Positions 60,492-64,000 of a stretch of 64,000 nt of DNA are shown piece by piece. Every line of letters starts with the position of its first letter. Within the stretch, counting starts at the first letter, position 1. Below the pieces are notes generated by a model, which did not search any database, was not told where the DNA came from, and worked only from the letters and a program-made list of their open reading frames with translations. Made by a program: the position numbers and the translations under genes. The DNA lies in NCBI GenBank assembly GCA_963760915.1, contig CAVXEU010000005.1:256966-320965 (forward strand). The letters are read 5' to 3'. The stretch is from an uncultured Bacteroidales bacterium. GTDB taxonomy: Bacteria; Bacteroidota; Bacteroidia; Bacteroidales; VadinHA17.

Positions 60492-62087
60492 ATGAAAAGA
60501 ACAGTTATTATTACAAGTATTGTTGTTGTAGCAGCGATCATAATCCTGGTTGTTATCAGCAGGTCTTCAGCCAAGAAAGATATATCGAATCTGTATGCTG
60601 AAGCTAAGCAGGGCCAGTTTGACATAGTAGTTACCACAACAGGTGAATTACAGGCAAAAAAATCGACTGATATTTTTGGTCCGGAAATTACGCAGAGCCG
60701 GAATATCAGGGCACAGGACATTAAAATAACAGATTTGGTGCCGGAGGGAACAGAAGTTAAAGCCGGTGATTATGTTGCAACTCTTGACAGGACGGCTTTT
60801 GATAATAGCCTGAAGGATGAGCTTGAAAGGCTTACAACATATGAGACAAATCTTGAAATGAAAATTCTTGATACAGCTGTTACTCTAAGTAACCTGAGGG
60901 ATAATATAAAGAACCTGAGATTTTCGGTTGAAGAGGCTTCAATAACTCTTCAGCAATCGAAGTACGAGCCTCCTACAACCATTCGTCAGGCTGAAATTTC
61001 TCTTGATAAAGCAAACCGTTCTCTTGATCAGGCTATCAGAGGTTACTCTCTCAAAGTTGAACAGGCCAAATCAGATATGAGAACAGCCAAGAATAACGTA
61101 TCTGAAGAACGGACCAGGGTAAGTGATCTGCAAACTGTTTTATCCAAGTTTGTAGTTACAGCTCCTTCCTCAGGTATGATTATATACAAAAGAGACAGGA
61201 TGGGGGCAAAAAGAAAAGTCGGATCATCAATCAGCCCATGGGATAACGTTGTTGCCACCTTGCCAGACATGTCATCAATGATCTCAAAAACCTATGTCAA
61301 TGAGATTGATGTCAGCAAAGTTAAGCCCAATCAGAAAGTAGAAATTGTTGTTGATGCTTTTCCTGAAAAATCTTATACAGGTGTTGTGACAAGTGTTGCA
61401 AATATTGGTGAGCAACTGCCAAATGCTGACGCCAAAGTATTTGAGGTGAATATTGAAGTTAATGAATCTGACCCTATACTGCGTCCATCAATGACGACAG
61501 GTAATAAGATTATTACAAAAACAATCGATAATGTTACCTATATTCCTCTTGAAAGTGTACAGGCCGGACCTGACAGTATTCCGTTTGTCTATCTGAAGAA
61601 TGGTAATAAGCAGATTGTTGTACTCGGTGAATCGAACGAAAATAATGTAATTGTTGAGCAGGGAATTACTCCGGGAACTCAAGTTTACCTGAGCACACCT
61701 GAAAATGCAGAAAACTTTAAACTGGTTGGTGAAGACTTGATATCAATAATCAGAGAAAAAGAGAATGCTAAAAAGGCTGAAGAACAGCGTGTAAGGGAAG
61801 AAGCTCAAAAATCAAGAGATATGCGGGGTGGAGGAATGCCTGGTGGTCGTGGCGGAATGAATATTACGCCTGAAATGATGCAGCAATTTCAGAATATGAG
61901 AGGAGAGCCAGGACAGGGAAGAGTCAGAGACACTTCAGCAATGAGACGTATGATGAACAATCGTAACGGACAGCAGGGAGCACCCAGGGATACTTCAGCA
62001 AGACGCAGAGTAAACTCACAATCAGGTGGTCAGCAGCCTGCCAGACAAAATGGACCTTCTCCGGCTCAGCCTTCAAATAATAATTAA
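60492..62087 (+). CDS. HlyD/MacA-type periplasmic adaptor (membrane fusion protein) with about 100-aa low-complexity tail
   Basis: N-terminal TM, coiled-coil hairpin region and beta-barrel blocks (VVTAPSSGMIIY, VDAFPEKSYTGVVTSV). The C-terminus is rich in R/G/M/Q/N. Confidence 0.8.
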   Translation: MKRTVIITSIVVVAAIIILVVISRSSAKKDISNLYAEAKQGQFDIVVTTTGELQAKKSTDIFGPEITQSRNIRAQDIKITDLVPEGTEVKAGDYVATLDRTAFDNSLKDELERLTTYETNLEMKILDTAVTLSNLRDNIKNLRFSVEEASITLQQSKYEPPTTIRQAEISLDKANRSLDQAIRGYSLKVEQAKSDMRTAKNNVSEERTRVSDLQTVLSKFVVTAPSSGMIIYKRDRMGAKRKVGSSISPWDNVVATLPDMSSMISKTYVNEIDVSKVKPNQKVEIVVDAFPEKSYTGVVTSVANIGEQLPNADAKVFEVNIEVNESDPILRPSMTTGNKIITKTIDNVTYIPLESVQAGPDSIPFVYLKNGNKQIVVLGESNENNVIVEQGITPGTQVYLSTPENAENFKLVGEDLISIIREKENAKKAEEQRVREEAQKSRDMRGGGMPGGRGGMNITPEMMQQFQNMRGEPGQGRVRDTSAMRRMMNNRNGQQGAPRDTSARRRVNSQSGGQQPARQNGPSPAQPSNNN

Positions 62088-62106
62088 TAATTAAACAGGA
62101 AATAAA

Positions 62107-63492
62107 ATGTTTAAATTTATCTTACGATATTTCCACGATATTGAAATTGCCGTAGAATCCATCGTTTCTAATAAGCTTAAATCAATGCTTACGGCTCTTG
62201 GAATAATTTTTGGTGTGGCTGCAGTTATTGCCATGCTCGCGATAGGAAAGGGAGCAAAGCAGGAAATAATGGAACAGATGAAGATGGTAGGGGTAAATAA
62301 TATTCTTATCAATCCGGTAATTCCTGACAAATCCTCCTCTTCGGATCAGGGAGAGAAACAGCAAAAGAAATTTTCAAGAGGATTAAACCTGCTTGATGTA
62401 GATGCTATCAGAGAAACTCTTCCTTCCGTTAAAAGGATTAGCCCGGAGATTTCATTCAATTCAACCGCTATGCTTAACGGAGTGAAATATACTGCAAAAC
62501 TTGTCGGGGTATCAAATGATTATTTCTACCTGTATAACCTGCCACTGGTTGGAGGAGCCTTTTTCAATGATTACCAGGAACAGAATGGTATACAGGTTTG
62601 CATTATTGGTGCAAATATCAGGGCAAAATTCTTCAGTAAAGTTGATCCGCTGGGACAGTATATCAAATTTAACGGCATCTGGTTGAAAGTTATTGGTGTA
62701 CTTCAAAAAACCAATGTAAGCCTTACAGGATTTGAAGAAAAGGGGGTGAATGTTTATAATGATAATATTTACATTCCTATTCAGACAATGTTACTAAGAT
62801 ATCAGAACAGGGCTCTTCTTAATACGAAACTTGTTTCTGAGGCAACATCAATTCAGCTTTTCGGACGAGGTGGAGGTGGTGGCGGTATGTCAAGAGTTGT
62901 AGTAAGCAGTTCTGACGCATCAACCGATGTGGAAACTAATTATAACCAGCTCGACAGGATTGTTGTACAGGTGAGTGAAACAGAACAACTTGCACCAACT
63001 ACTGAAATCCTGAGCCGGATGTTGACCAGAAGGCATACAGGCGTAAAAGACTTCGAAATAACAGTACCGGAGTTACTGCTGAAACAACAGCAGAGAACCA
63101 AAGATATTTTCAATATTGTCCTGGGGGCAATTGCCAGTATTTCACTTATCGTAGGGGGTATAGGAATTATGAACATCATGTTTGCTTCCGTTATGGAAAG
63201 AATTAAAGAGATTGGGACCAGGATGGCAATCGGAGCAAAGAAAATGGATATTGTTGTACAGTTTCTCTCTGAAGCAGTTCTTATTAGTGTCTCAGGTGGT
63301 TTTATCGGAGTATTCTTCGGAGTAATAATGGCAAAACTTATAGAACAGATAGCCGGGATTATGACTATTGTATCATTCTTTTCGGTATTTATTGCTTTCG
63401 GTGTATCGGCAGCCGTTGGAGTTATTTTTGGCTATTCACCAGCAAAAAGAGCATCTGAAAAAGACCCGATCGAATCATTGAGATATGAATAA
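62107..63492 (+). CDS. MacB-like single-FtsX ABC permease (no fused ATPase)
   Basis: 461 aa. Order: N-terminal TM, MacB-type periplasmic core domain, FtsX block (RIKEIGTRMAIGAKKMDIVVQFLSEAVLIS). Tail KDPIESLRYE. Confidence 0.85.
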   Translation: MFKFILRYFHDIEIAVESIVSNKLKSMLTALGIIFGVAAVIAMLAIGKGAKQEIMEQMKMVGVNNILINPVIPDKSSSSDQGEKQQKKFSRGLNLLDVDAIRETLPSVKRISPEISFNSTAMLNGVKYTAKLVGVSNDYFYLYNLPLVGGAFFNDYQEQNGIQVCIIGANIRAKFFSKVDPLGQYIKFNGIWLKVIGVLQKTNVSLTGFEEKGVNVYNDNIYIPIQTMLLRYQNRALLNTKLVSEATSIQLFGRGGGGGGMSRVVVSSSDASTDVETNYNQLDRIVVQVSETEQLAPTTEILSRMLTRRHTGVKDFEITVPELLLKQQQRTKDIFNIVLGAIASISLIVGGIGIMNIMFASVMERIKEIGTRMAIGAKKMDIVVQFLSEAVLISVSGGFIGVFFGVIMAKLIEQIAGIMTIVSFFSVFIAFGVSAAVGVIFGYSPAKRASEKDPIESLRYE

Positions 63493-63502
63493 ATTATTTA
63501 AG

Positions 63503-64000
63503 ATGAAGAAATTACTTTTGTTTACCCTGATAGCTGTACTTTTCTTGTCAGCTAATAAAATTAATGCTCAGGAAGTTAAGTCCCTAACATTTGATGAGGT
63601 AGTTAAGCTTGCTGAAGAACAATCACCAAATGCCCTGATTGCAAAGCACAGATTTCGTGGCAGCTACTGGCAGTACAGAACATTCGTCGCCCAATACCGG
63701 CCGGCGCTTACTCTCACGGGGACAACTCCTGATTACAGTACTGCCTATGATAAAGTCTGGAATTCACAGACAAACAGTTATGATTACAAGGCAACCAATA
63801 CTCTCAGCAATCTTGGATCACTTTCACTGGCACAGAATATCGGTTTCACTGGTGGATCAATATCATTGAATTCGGATCTGACTATATTCAATGATTTTGA
63901 AAATGACACACGTCGATACATAACTGCTCCCCTGAGTATTGGTTTGAATCAGCCATTGTTCAGATATAATGCCCTGAAGTGGCAGAAGAAAACCGAACCA
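63503..64000 (+). CDS. TolC-family outer-membrane efflux protein (3' end outside window)
   Basis: The ATG at 63503 opens a frame that stays open to the window edge (166 codons). It has a signal peptide MKKLLLFTLIAVLFLSANKINAQ and the block LTFDEVVKLAEEQSPNALIAK typical of TolC-like N-termini. It is absent from the ORF track because it has no stop. Confidence 0.75.
   Translation, partial: MKKLLLFTLIAVLFLSANKINAQEVKSLTFDEVVKLAEEQSPNALIAKHRFRGSYWQYRTFVAQYRPALTLTGTTPDYSTAYDKVWNSQTNSYDYKATNTLSNLGSLSLAQNIGFTGGSISLNSDLTIFNDFENDTRRYITAPLSIGLNQPLFRYNALKWQKKTEP

Overview
This is a moderately AT-rich chromosomal segment that reads as Bacteroidota: it has type IX secretion cargo and PorP/SprF genes, TAnnTTTG-type -7 boxes, and no Shine-Dalgarno-like leaders. 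Layout: (i) 1-3.0 kb holds the tail of a porin-like gene, mltF and a CoA-pyrophosphatase-type Nudix gene. (ii) 3.1-25.4 kb, minus strand, is a head-to-tail array of eight paralogous 770-819 aa double-FtsX (MacB/LolE-superfamily) permease genes, all ending in a near-invariant tail (..AATRNPVEALRYE). Between the 6th and 7th gene the array is interrupted by a DUF4097-type SSGGG-repeat lipoprotein gene and by four copies (3 tandem + 1 solo) of a 283-bp unit. Each unit carries an identical 75-codon ORF that fuses a truncated DUF559-like N-terminus to the last 19 codons of a permease. (iii) 25.9-29.9 kb holds a divergent sigma-54-type response regulator and histidine kinase, plus a LolE-like permease. 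(iv) 30-40.5 kb is housekeeping: DUF1343/NamZ-like, aminotransferase, valS, a lipoprotein, YihY, nadC, DUF4783 and rlmH, with a MITE-like palindromic element in the aminotransferase/valS spacer. (v) 40.5-55.2 kb holds an orphan 1232-aa multi-TM histidine kinase followed by a tight gene string: a 1414-aa T9SS type-B cargo, PorP/SprF, a PD40+PKD protein, an unknown protein, and a Y_Y_Y/SpoIIE phosphatase. (vi) 55.2-60.3 kb holds a lipoprotein, der, era, an rluB-like gene and glmM. (vii) 60.5-64 kb holds adaptor, FtsX permease and TolC efflux genes, the last running off the window. I saw no rRNA, tRNA, CRISPR, transposase, integrase or phage genes. There is also no ABC ATPase gene, despite ten FtsX-domain permease genes. 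The most unusual signal is the 283-bp chimeric repeat family, together with decayed permease tails, scattered through the permease array. All functional calls rest on motif recognition by eye, because no searches could be run.
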